Below are positions 47,253-55,388 of a DNA stretch of 64,000 nt, piece by piece. A program made the position numbers and the translations under genes. Location of the stretch: the NCBI GenBank assembly GCA_965243185.1, contig OZ251531.1, forward strand, positions 72,698 through 136,697. Direction: 5' to 3'. Positions within the stretch are counted from its first letter, which is position 1, and every line of letters begins with the position of its first letter. The notes below the pieces were generated by a model. The model was given only the letters and a program-made list of their open reading frames with translations. It was not told where the DNA came from and did no database searches. The stretch is from Dehalococcoidia bacterium. Lineage in GTDB: Bacteria; Chloroflexota; Dehalococcoidia; Lucifugimonadales; UBA3495.

Positions 47253-47545
47253 GCTATTCCCTCCTGATTAAGTTGCTGGTAATCTAATCAGGAGAAACGG
47301 GTTTGTCACAGGCCCTAGGAAATCACGCGTTTTCGGTGTCTTATCCAGATACAAAACTGCATCCAATTGTGTAACTCCTATGACAATGCTATCCTGCTTC
47401 CAGGTACGTTTAGAAGCAATAATGCGCTGATAATGATGAACTGCACTACGCGTTAAGCAGCCGCAATGCCCCAATTTAGGAGATTTGACGTTGCATCTGG
47501 CGGCTGGAAATGCTACAGTGTCACAAATGTTAGGAGGGTGTAGCA

Positions 47546-47806
47546 ATGACACAGATGTCTACGAGGAAGAAGCCCCGGGTAGTTGACGGTGTCTGTATGG
47601 GGATGCCTGAAGATGAAGGAGAACCGTGCGGCCACTACCCGGTAGCCGCTGTGGACGGCTCCCAATACGGGGTGAAACAAGACGTCGACCTGTGTGAAGT
47701 TTGTCTGTCCCGGCACGCATCGGGTAACCTGCGAAGGGCGTCCCCGGCGCGGCGAATTGGCGGCATCAGGATACACTCCACCAGCCCATTGTTTGAATCC
47801 CCGTGA
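47546..47806 (+). CDS. small hypothetical protein with Cys/His pairs (possible zinc finger)
   Basis: AGGAGG RBS; C…CGH…CEVC pattern. Confidence 0.45.
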   Translation: MTQMSTRKKPRVVDGVCMGMPEDEGEPCGHYPVAAVDGSQYGVKQDVDLCEVCLSRHASGNLRRASPARRIGGIRIHSTSPLFESP

Positions 47807-47904
47807 AACACGGTGGGCAATCCCGGCCGCGCCCTCACTAGAAACGAAACCGCTACCCAGCTAATGCCACCGGGAGCGGACATCTAACGCAGAGGACTGG
47901 AACG

Positions 47905-48606
47905 ATGAAAACCAAGAGGACGATTGCACCGCGTTTGCCTAAACATGGCAAGCAGTCGGCGGATGACCGCCGCAAAATCAGCAAGCGGTTCATCATCCAC
48001 GCCCGGAAAGAACTCAAAGCGGGCAATCGGCTACAGGCGGGGGAAAAAGTGTGGGGTGCCGGCTCGCAATACCTCAAAGTCATCGGCGAGCAACGGGGTT
48101 GGCCTCATTCCAGCCACGCAAACTTGCGCGACATCGGCTACCAAATAGTAGCCGAATACAACGGGGAACCGGGCGTTTCCGAAGTTGGCGAGGCTTTGAG
48201 CAAAGCCTACTTTACCGGCCACAACAACTTCTATGAAAACCTGTATCCTGTAGAGGATATTGCCGTCGCTATTGATGTCATGGAAGAGGCATTACCTCAC
48301 CTTGACAAGATAACGGCGTCCCCGCCGCGCCCCTTCACCATTGATTCCAACACGAAACTCAAGCGGTTGGAACGCCTTACCGGGCGCAATGACCTGCGTC
48401 TGGAAATGACCGATGACAATGGGTTCTCCTTAAAGGAACCCGCACCAGTCACGTCCCCTAAAATCGAGTTACGCAACGGCAAAAATGTTAATTCGCGGGC
48501 CTGCGCTTCGGCGGATGAGCCAGAGAGCCGGGCTTCAAGCCGTCGTCGAGGTAAAAAGGGCGGCAAAGAAGGCAAGCCTCCCAAAGTCAATGTGATTCTA
48601 GGGTAA
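47905..48606 (+). CDS. PaREP1-like (HEPN superfamily) protein with basic C-terminal tail
   Basis: A..EL.AG..LQAGEKVWGA…RGWPHSSH…HNNFYEN pattern. Confidence 0.7.
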   Translation: MKTKRTIAPRLPKHGKQSADDRRKISKRFIIHARKELKAGNRLQAGEKVWGAGSQYLKVIGEQRGWPHSSHANLRDIGYQIVAEYNGEPGVSEVGEALSKAYFTGHNNFYENLYPVEDIAVAIDVMEEALPHLDKITASPPRPFTIDSNTKLKRLERLTGRNDLRLEMTDDNGFSLKEPAPVTSPKIELRNGKNVNSRACASADEPESRASSRRRGKKGGKEGKPPKVNVILG

Positions 48607-48782
48607 TTCCAGCGTAATCGTACACCGCGTCAACAAGGGGCGGGAGGGCTAATCCCTCCCGCCTTTTTCCAAATCAGTGACCCTTTTGACCCTCCCTACC
48701 CAATGAAAGGCGGGGTGACAGGGGAAGGGGGGTGTGGTATAGTTGGGGCGGTATCCGATTTTTCCGATGGAGGGGTTTAGTC

Positions 48783-49148
48783 GTGAAGGTTATTAAAATC
48801 AGCAATGCGCCTAAAGAGGTGGCGACGAGCGCGCTGTTCACCGGGAATGTGGTGACGCGGCAGGCGCCCTTTGGGCCGGAGGACAGCAACAATTTTAACT
48901 TCGGGGTGGTGAGTTTCAGCGCGGGTTCCCGGAACAAGTTCCATAAGCATAGCGGGGACCAGATGCTCATCGTTACCGAAGGCACCGGGACGGTGGCGAC
49001 GGACGATGAGGAAGTGGAAATTACGGTGGGGGATGTGGTGATTATCCCGGCGGGGGAAAATCACTGGCACGGGGCGCCGGGGGATACGGCGATGGCGCAT
49101 ATTACGGTGACGGTGAAGGGGAGTCAGACGGAGCAGACGGAGCCGTAG
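48783..49148 (+). CDS. cupin domain protein
   Basis: FSAGSRNKFHKHSGDQMLIVTEG and GDVVIIPAGENHWHGA cupin motifs. Confidence 0.9.
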   Translation: MKVIKISNAPKEVATSALFTGNVVTRQAPFGPEDSNNFNFGVVSFSAGSRNKFHKHSGDQMLIVTEGTGTVATDDEEVEITVGDVVIIPAGENHWHGAPGDTAMAHITVTVKGSQTEQTEP

Positions 49149-49259
49149 TTTGGGCTAGTTAGCCTGGGTTTGCCGGGCGGATGGCAATGCCCCGCTGCCG
49201 GGATACGGCGGCGGGGTTTTTCTGTATGGGAGGTTAGAGCAGGGCAAGCTGGTATAAGG

Positions 49260-50057
49260 TCAGTAGTCTTTGGCGGCGTTGAGACGCTGGGCAAAGGCGG
49301 ATTGGTAGGCGGGGGCGATGTCGTTGAGATAGTAGGGGTAGCCGAGTTGGGCGGCGGCGATGCCGATGGTGCCGCTGCCGGCGAAGGGGTCGAGGACGGG
49401 GCCGTCGATGGTTTTGACCATGCGTTCCGCCAGTTCGAGGGGGAAGGGGGCGGGATGGGGATTGCCCATCTCAAAGCGGATGTTCCAGACATCGCCCCAT
49501 TTCCGCATTTCGGAGAGCCATTTTTGCGGCAAACGCCACTGGCGGCCGGCAATGAGATAGACGAATTCGTAGATGGGGGGAAAGATGGTGGGGACTTTGC
49601 CGCCCTGGTTGTTGCTGGAGCCGCGGTTCCAGATGATGGTTTGGCGGACGGGGAAGTCGGCGATGATTTCCTGGCGGCGGGTTTCGCCGAGGTTGGCAAT
49701 CTGGCGGCCGATGTTGTAGAGGATGACGCCGTCGGGGCCGACGAGGCGCAGGGCTTCGGCAAGGAAAGCGCGCTGCCAATGGATATATTCGTCCGGAGGC
49801 AGGTCGTCATCGTAGCCGGCGTAGTTGTTCGCCATCAGCTTGCTGTTGGGCCAGTTGGACTTGTGGCCGCCGCGGTTGCGGAAGGCTTTGTTGTAGGGGG
49901 GCGAGGTGGCGATGCCGGCAAGGCTTCCGTCGGGGAAGGATTGCATATATTGGAGGGCGTCGCCGATGTTGTAGGTGTTGGGCCGGGGCGGGGACGGGGC
50001 ATCGGGACAGCGCCGTCCGTTGGGGATAGCGGGCCGGATTTCGGTTTCGAGTAGCAT
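49260..50057 (-). CDS. beta-class amino (N4-C/N6-A) DNA methyltransferase, solitary
   Basis: Motif IV TSPPY precedes HPAPFP and motif I VLDPFAGSGT. Confidence 0.9.
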   Translation of the reverse strand: MLLETEIRPAIPNGRRCPDAPSPPRPNTYNIGDALQYMQSFPDGSLAGIATSPPYNKAFRNRGGHKSNWPNSKLMANNYAGYDDDLPPDEYIHWQRAFLAEALRLVGPDGVILYNIGRQIANLGETRRQEIIADFPVRQTIIWNRGSSNNQGGKVPTIFPPIYEFVYLIAGRQWRLPQKWLSEMRKWGDVWNIRFEMGNPHPAPFPLELAERMVKTIDGPVLDPFAGSGTIGIAAAQLGYPYYLNDIAPAYQSAFAQRLNAAKDY

Positions 50058-50141
50058 CGGGTTTGGCGGCTCCTGGGAGTGGGTTTAGCACTTTTGGGCT
50101 ATTTTACTTTCACAGGATAAGGTTGTCAAATGGAGACAGGG

Positions 50142-51017
50142 TTAGCCGACCTCAAAAATTTGGTCGGAGGGATTGCCGTTGCTGGCCCAGGATTCCAGTT
50201 GGTCGAACCAATCGCGGTCAACGGCGATTACTTCTTTGACCCCGAGTTTGAGTTCGCGAAGGTTTTCGGCCAAGGCGTTGCCATCGACCAAGTCGATGGG
50301 CGGCACGCCATCGCGCGCGACTTCTTTACGGGCTTCGGTGGTGAAAGTTCCGGTGCTGATTATCAGTCCCCGGTCGGCGCGGCCGGACATTGCGCCGCGA
50401 AATTCTCGTACTACCGACGCGCCAACGGAGCCTTGCCAGCGTTTGCACTGGAACAAGACCGGGAAACTGATGAGCCGCGCCATCTGCAACAGTCCATTCC
50501 CGTCAATGCCCCCGTCTCCGGCACGCCCGGTGACCTGGACTTGCACAAAGCCGCTTTCCCGGAGCAACCGCTGGCACAGACGCTCGAAGGTGCCGGGGGA
50601 GAGTTGGAGGATTCGGTTAATCAAATCCTCTTTCCATTCCTCGCCGGTGATGGGTGAGTCGTCATCGGCGTCAGCCGCGGGCGGGGTGTCCGGCGTGGAT
50701 TGAGGAGCGGCAGAGTCGCTGACTTGGCTGGTAATTTGGTTGACCCCAGCGATGCCGGCATCGGTCAAGGCCCAGACAGAGCGTTGGGGATTGTCGAGGA
50801 GGCCGGCGGTTTTCAGATGGGAAAGGGCAAAGGCAATCCGATGGTCTAGGACCTTTCGGCTGCTACCCGGATATAGCTGGTCGGCTACAGCATCGGGCAA
50901 GTTCAACATTTGCCGGACTTGCTCCTGGATTTCCTGAAGGTGGCCGCTACCGCCGAGCCGGTGGATGGCAAGGAGCGTCCAGTTCTGCATTGCGGTGCGG
51001 GCGGGGATTTCCTGCAT
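50142..51017 (-). CDS. mrr: Mrr restriction system protein (type IV; wHTH + PD-(D/E)xK)
   Basis: Mrr_N (RIAFALSHLKTAGLL…WALT), FERLCQRLL, GDGGIDG, FQCKRW, VREFRGA, ISTGTFT and IDLVDG motifs. Confidence 0.93.
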   Translation of the reverse strand: MQEIPARTAMQNWTLLAIHRLGGSGHLQEIQEQVRQMLNLPDAVADQLYPGSSRKVLDHRIAFALSHLKTAGLLDNPQRSVWALTDAGIAGVNQITSQVSDSAAPQSTPDTPPAADADDDSPITGEEWKEDLINRILQLSPGTFERLCQRLLRESGFVQVQVTGRAGDGGIDGNGLLQMARLISFPVLFQCKRWQGSVGASVVREFRGAMSGRADRGLIISTGTFTTEARKEVARDGVPPIDLVDGNALAENLRELKLGVKEVIAVDRDWFDQLESWASNGNPSDQIFEVG

Positions 51018-51045
51018 AGGTGAACCTCCCGGTTAGTTAGGTTGC

Positions 51046-51939
51046 TTATTTGGAGTCGTGGGGTTCTAGGGATTGGGCGAGCTGCTGGATGGTTTGGGTG
51101 AGGGTGCGCTGCTGGTCGCGGGTTTCGGGGAATTCGTCGGCCAAGGGGGTGCTGCCGATGAAGCGGTAGGTGTCGGCGACGCCCTGGAAAAGGTCGGGGG
51201 AGAGGCCGAGGTGGGCGAAGGTGTCGCGGATTTCCTCCATTTCGCTGACCCAGCGGCGGGAACGGGGCGGGACGGTGGGGAGGCCGCGGGACATTCGGTC
51301 GAGGATGGCGGATTGGCCGTCCTGGAATTCGGCGAGGAGGGGTTCGGTCAGGCCCATCAGTTCGGCGGCGGTAAGGAGTTGGGCGTAGAGGGCGGAGGAG
51401 CCTTTGGTCATGGCGGCGTAGCACATTTTGATGCCGGAGGCTTGGCCGAGGTCGCCGGGAAGGGGGCGGATGTCAAGGCCGAAGTCGCTGAGTTGGGCGA
51501 AGTCGGGGGCGTATTGGCCGGAGGTGTAGAAGTGGGGGCTGTAGCCGGGTTTGGGCGGGCCGCCGATGATGGATACATCGACGAAGCGGCCGCCGGCGTC
51601 GGTAATGACGGGGGCCAGCTGGCGGGTGAGTTGGGGCGAGATGGCGTTGCATTCGGCAAAGAGGGTGTCAGCGCCGGTATTGCGAAGGGCGGCGGCGATG
51701 TCCGAGCAAAGGCCGGGGACGGCGGCGGAGACGGTCATCGACATAATGAGGTCGGCTTGCCGGACGAGGGCGTCGAGGGTGGGGACATCCTGGATGCCGG
51801 CTTTCTGGGCTAAAGCGCGGGTGCGGTCGGAGCGGCCGGTCAGGCAGGTGATGACTTGGAGTTCGTGTTCGCGGAGGCGTTGGCCGACAGCGTGGCCCAT
51901 ATCGCCGGGGCTGAGGATGGCGACGGTGTTGATGGTCAT
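51046..51939 (-). CDS. NAD(P)-dependent oxidoreductase (6-phosphogluconate DH-like, DUF1932)
   Basis: AILSPGDMG, ECNAISP, DVSIIGGPP, ASGIKMCYAAMTKG and RWVSEMEEI motifs. Confidence 0.88.
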   Translation of the reverse strand: MTINTVAILSPGDMGHAVGQRLREHELQVITCLTGRSDRTRALAQKAGIQDVPTLDALVRQADLIMSMTVSAAVPGLCSDIAAALRNTGADTLFAECNAISPQLTRQLAPVITDAGGRFVDVSIIGGPPKPGYSPHFYTSGQYAPDFAQLSDFGLDIRPLPGDLGQASGIKMCYAAMTKGSSALYAQLLTAAELMGLTEPLLAEFQDGQSAILDRMSRGLPTVPPRSRRWVSEMEEIRDTFAHLGLSPDLFQGVADTYRFIGSTPLADEFPETRDQQRTLTQTIQQLAQSLEPHDSK

Positions 51940-52037
51940 TGGGATTGTTCTCCTGATGGCGGCAATAGTGTAATTTGGGGGATTATAGCATAGGGATGCG
52001 CTATAATGGGCGGGCGTTGAGCAAAGGGGGAAGCAAG

Positions 52038-52643
52038 TTGGTTAGCCAAGGCGGGGGCGACAGTTTTACGGGACGGGTGGGGGAGGTTACGGAGGGGGAT
52101 TCGGCGGTTTTTGCGGCGCAGTGTTATGGGCTGTATGGGGCGCCGCCGTTGGGGGCGTTGGTGCTGGCCGGGACGCCGGCGATTTACGGGGTGGTGCAAC
52201 GGGTGTGGACGGAGCCGTTGGATCCGAGTCGGCCGGTGCTGGCGCGGGGGCAGGATGCGGAGTCGGTGGAGGAGGTGTATCGGGAGCATCCGCAGTTGGA
52301 GCGGCTGCTGACGACGCGACTGGCGGCGTTGATTGTGGGGTATGAGGAGGATGGAGAAGTACGGCAGGGGCTGCCGCCGTGGCCGCCGCGGATACATAGC
52401 TTTGTGTATGGCTGCGGGCCGGAGGAAGGGGCGCGGTTTATGGAGCGGCTGGATTTTTTGCGGCTGCTGCTGAATTCGGGGTCGCCGTTGGCCGAGGAAG
52501 TAACTGCGGCGTGTTTGCGGCGGGCGGCCGGGATGGCGGCGGATCATGACGGGTTTATGCGGCGGGCCGGGCGGGCGTTGGCGGCGGAATTGGCGGGAGA
52601 GGCAAGCCGGTTGAGCGCGATTATGCGGAGGGTTACGGGATGA
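52038..52643 (+). CDS. stand-alone HAS-barrel domain protein (HerA partner)
   Basis: GEVTE…F.AQCY…PPLGALV…IYGVV…L..LL…ALIVGY…Q.LPP.PPRIH; ATGA overlap with the HerA gene. Start uncertain. Confidence 0.75.
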   Translation: MVSQGGGDSFTGRVGEVTEGDSAVFAAQCYGLYGAPPLGALVLAGTPAIYGVVQRVWTEPLDPSRPVLARGQDAESVEEVYREHPQLERLLTTRLAALIVGYEEDGEVRQGLPPWPPRIHSFVYGCGPEEGARFMERLDFLRLLLNSGSPLAEEVTAACLRRAAGMAADHDGFMRRAGRALAAELAGEASRLSAIMRRVTG

Positions 52644-54430
52644 CCGAGGGTTTGCAGTTTAATCCGTTCAGTCCGCTGGGTGCGGTGAATGGGCGGGAGG
52701 GGGACGGGTACCGACCGGCGGCAAGCGGGCCGTTGGGATTGGTGGTAGGCGGGTCTTTGGCGCAGGGGGTGGAGATACGGCTGAGTCCGGCGGGGGAGCG
52801 GGTGATTGAGGATGTGAAGGTGGGGACTTTTCTGACGATTGAGGGGCAGCGGTATCGGTTTTTTGCGGTGGTGACGGATTTGGAGTTGGGAAGCGCGGAT
52901 CCGCGGCTGCGGCACAGTCCGCCGGAGGGGGGCGATCCGTTGTTGGCGGCGGCGTTGGCCGGGCCGGTGGCATACGGGGTGGTGTCGGCATTGCCTAATT
53001 TGACGCTGCCGTTGGGGGCGGGCAACGATACGGGGACGGCTACCGGGCCGGCGCCGGGGCCGGCGGCAGCCAAGACGATACCGGCGCATTTTGCGCCGGC
53101 GTGGCCGGCGGCGGCGGCAGATGTGGAGTTGGTTTTCGGGCGGGATGATGCGCGGCACTTCTGGATTGGCAGTCCTTTGGATATGGATACGAAGGTTTGC
53201 CTGGATTTGGAGGAATTAGTCAAGCGTTCCATCGGGGTGTTCGGGAAAAGCGGGACGGGTAAGACTTTTTTGACGCGGCTGCTGCTGGTGGGGATTTTGC
53301 AGGGCGGCGGGGCGTCGTCGCTGGTGTTTGATATGCACAGCGAATATGGGTGGAGCGGGCAGGATGCGGATAATACGCGGCAGGTGAAGGGGTTGAAGCA
53401 GTTGTTTCCGGCGCAGGTCTCGACTTTTACGCTGGATGCGGAGAGTTCGCGGCGGCGGGGGGCAATGCCGGATGATGTAGTGCGGATTGGGTATGGGGAG
53501 ATTGAACCGGAGGATGTGGAGCTGCTACGGGATACCCTTAACTTGTCGGAAGTGGCGGCTTCCGCGGCGTATAACTTGCAGCGGCATTTTGCGGGGGATT
53601 GGGTGAGTCAGTTTTTGGAGGTTCAGGGGCGGGACATCAACGAGTTGGCTAAAGACCTTAATGTGAATGGGGCGGCGTTGGCGGCTTTGCATAACCGGCT
53701 GAGTCGGCTGAAGCGGTTTTCCTTTTTGGAGTCGGGGGAGCGGCCTAATGCGGCGGCGCGGATTATTGAGCATTTGGAGCGGGGGCAACACGTGGTGCTG
53801 GAGTTCGGGCGGTACGGGAGCGATTTGACGGCGTATATTCTGGTGAGCAATTTGCTGTCGCGGCGGATTCATGACCGCTATGTGGAGTTGAAGGAGGCGG
53901 CGGAAGGGAATCAGGGGAAGGAGCCACGGCCGTTGGTGATTGTGATTGAGGAGGCGCACAAGTTTTTGAGTCCGGCGGTGGCGCCGCAGACGATATTCGG
54001 GGTTATTGCGCGGGAGTTGCGGAAGTATAATGTGACGCTGATGGTGATTGACCAGCGGCCGAGCGGGATTGACGGGGAGGTGATGAGTCAGCTGGGGACG
54101 CGGTTGACTTGCCTGCTGGATAATGACCGGGACATTGATGCGGTTTTGTCGGGGACGGCGGGGAGTCGGCAGCTGCGGGGGGTGCTGGCGCGGTTGGAGG
54201 CGAAGCAGCAGGCGTTGATTTTCGGCCATGCAGTGCCAATGCCGGTGGTGGTGCAGACGCGGGAGTATGGAAGCGCGGAGTCCTATGGGCTGCTGACGGC
54301 GGGGGCGCGGCGGTGGGCGGGGGCGGCACGGTCGGGAGGTGATGGGATGGATTCCGGGGATGCCGTCGGGCCGGTGGTGGAGACGGATAAGGAGCGGTTG
54401 GAGCGGGAGCTCGAGGAGTTGTTTGGGTAG
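52640..54430 (+). CDS. herA: HerA/FtsK-like ATPase (DUF87) with N-terminal HAS barrel
   Basis: Walker A FGKSGTGKT, VFDMHSEYG, Walker B VIEEAH, IARELRKY, IDQRPS and VMSQLGT motifs. Confidence 0.88.
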   Translation: MTEGLQFNPFSPLGAVNGREGDGYRPAASGPLGLVVGGSLAQGVEIRLSPAGERVIEDVKVGTFLTIEGQRYRFFAVVTDLELGSADPRLRHSPPEGGDPLLAAALAGPVAYGVVSALPNLTLPLGAGNDTGTATGPAPGPAAAKTIPAHFAPAWPAAAADVELVFGRDDARHFWIGSPLDMDTKVCLDLEELVKRSIGVFGKSGTGKTFLTRLLLVGILQGGGASSLVFDMHSEYGWSGQDADNTRQVKGLKQLFPAQVSTFTLDAESSRRRGAMPDDVVRIGYGEIEPEDVELLRDTLNLSEVAASAAYNLQRHFAGDWVSQFLEVQGRDINELAKDLNVNGAALAALHNRLSRLKRFSFLESGERPNAAARIIEHLERGQHVVLEFGRYGSDLTAYILVSNLLSRRIHDRYVELKEAAEGNQGKEPRPLVIVIEEAHKFLSPAVAPQTIFGVIARELRKYNVTLMVIDQRPSGIDGEVMSQLGTRLTCLLDNDRDIDAVLSGTAGSRQLRGVLARLEAKQQALIFGHAVPMPVVVQTREYGSAESYGLLTAGARRWAGAARSGGDGMDSGDAVGPVVETDKERLERELEELFG

Positions 54431-54445
54431 GGATGCGGTAGGCAA

Positions 54446-54469
54446 GGCAACCACGAGGATTGCCCCTAC
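54446..54469 (-). repeat. GTAG-type REP half unit
   Basis: Minus strand GTAGGGGCAATCCTCGTGGTTGCC. Confidence 0.55.
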
Positions 54470-54523
54470 ATAGAACGCTGTCGGTAGGCAGTAAATCAGG
54501 GATTTTAGAGGAGGGACGGAGTT

Positions 54524-55381
54524 ATGCAGAACCGGTATGTGGGTGATGTGGGGGACTTTGGGAACAATGGGCTACTGCGGTGGCTGTGCGGGATGTCGGA
54601 GACTACGGCAGCTGACGGGTTGGGGAGGTTGAATCTAGGGGTAGTGTGGTGTCTCACTCATCCTACCAAGAAAGAATTGAAAAACCAAGACGGTAACCTC
54701 AGGAAGTACCTTGAGGGCGATTCTGACGAGTTCAGTAAGTGCGACTCTGCTCTTTACGAAGCCCTGAAGCCCACCTTGGAGGACAAGGAGAAGCGCTGCA
54801 TATCCTATATGTCTGACCATTTTGGAAAACCTGACGGGATCTTGCCCGATACGGTTTTCTATCGGAAATGCCTGAACCCCGAGGAGCAGAATAAGATCCC
54901 TAAAGAGAAAAGGGAGAAATGCCTTTGTACCCAACCCGGGTACATTAAGGAATCAAGGAAGGAGTGGCTGGAAGGGGCTGTCTGCAAAGTAGCAGATACC
55001 CGGATAGTGTTTGTCAATCCAGACAACGGTATCGCACCAAAGAATGCGAGAGGCGATAAGCCTAAGCATATCTATATGGAGGAGTTGGGCAAACTTTTCA
55101 ACGAGCATAAGAAAAGTTTGGTCATCTACAACCATTCGAACCGTAGTATTCCGGCATCAGAGCAGATCCAGCGGCTTTCCGGACGCTTGGAGTCCGAGCT
55201 TCGTGTGCCTGCCGACTATATCCGCGCCTTGTGGTATCACCGGGGAACGGCACGATTTCACTTTATCGTAGCCCACCCCGAGGATAAGTGTATCAAGAGT
55301 ATCATTAACAGCCGCCTGGAATCTTTCGGGAAAAGTCTATGGTGTACCATTCCTCGCTTTACTCTAGTTCCGAGGCCGTAG
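54524..55381 (+). CDS. conserved hypothetical protein, possible RlmJ-like SAM-dependent methyltransferase fold
   Basis: GAGGAGG RBS; MQNRYVGDVGDFG..GLLR.L and IVFVNPDNG motifs; lower GC. Confidence 0.6.
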   Translation: MQNRYVGDVGDFGNNGLLRWLCGMSETTAADGLGRLNLGVVWCLTHPTKKELKNQDGNLRKYLEGDSDEFSKCDSALYEALKPTLEDKEKRCISYMSDHFGKPDGILPDTVFYRKCLNPEEQNKIPKEKREKCLCTQPGYIKESRKEWLEGAVCKVADTRIVFVNPDNGIAPKNARGDKPKHIYMEELGKLFNEHKKSLVIYNHSNRSIPASEQIQRLSGRLESELRVPADYIRALWYHRGTARFHFIVAHPEDKCIKSIINSRLESFGKSLWCTIPRFTLVPRP

Positions 55382-55388
55382 TCTTGCT

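Larger units (their letters stand above)
46401..47314 (-). mobile_element. IS5 family (IS427 group) insertion sequence, 914 bp, flanked by CTAG
   Basis: IRs GGCCTGTTGACAAACC / GGTTTGTCACAGGCC; CTAG at 46397-46400 and 47315-47318; two-ORF transposase. Confidence 0.9.
43278..48699. mobile_element. putative non-autonomous cargo transposon with 65-bp TIRs and 5-bp flanking direct repeat
   Basis: Imperfect inverted repeats at 43278-43342 and 48635-48699 (outer 24 bp identical: GTAGGGAGGGTCAAAAGGGTCACT). CCAAT lies immediately outside both ends (43273-43277, 48700-48704). Confidence 0.6.

Noticed and set aside
47268-47552. 94-aa minus-strand ORF as the missing transposase N-terminus
   Set aside because: Does not join in frame after removing the IS and shows no transposase motifs.
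52038-55381. HerA plus the 54524 ORF as a single anti-phage system
   Set aside because: HerA has native codon usage and a HAS-barrel partner, while the 54524 ORF is compositionally foreign and separated by a REP. No evidence of a conserved linkage.
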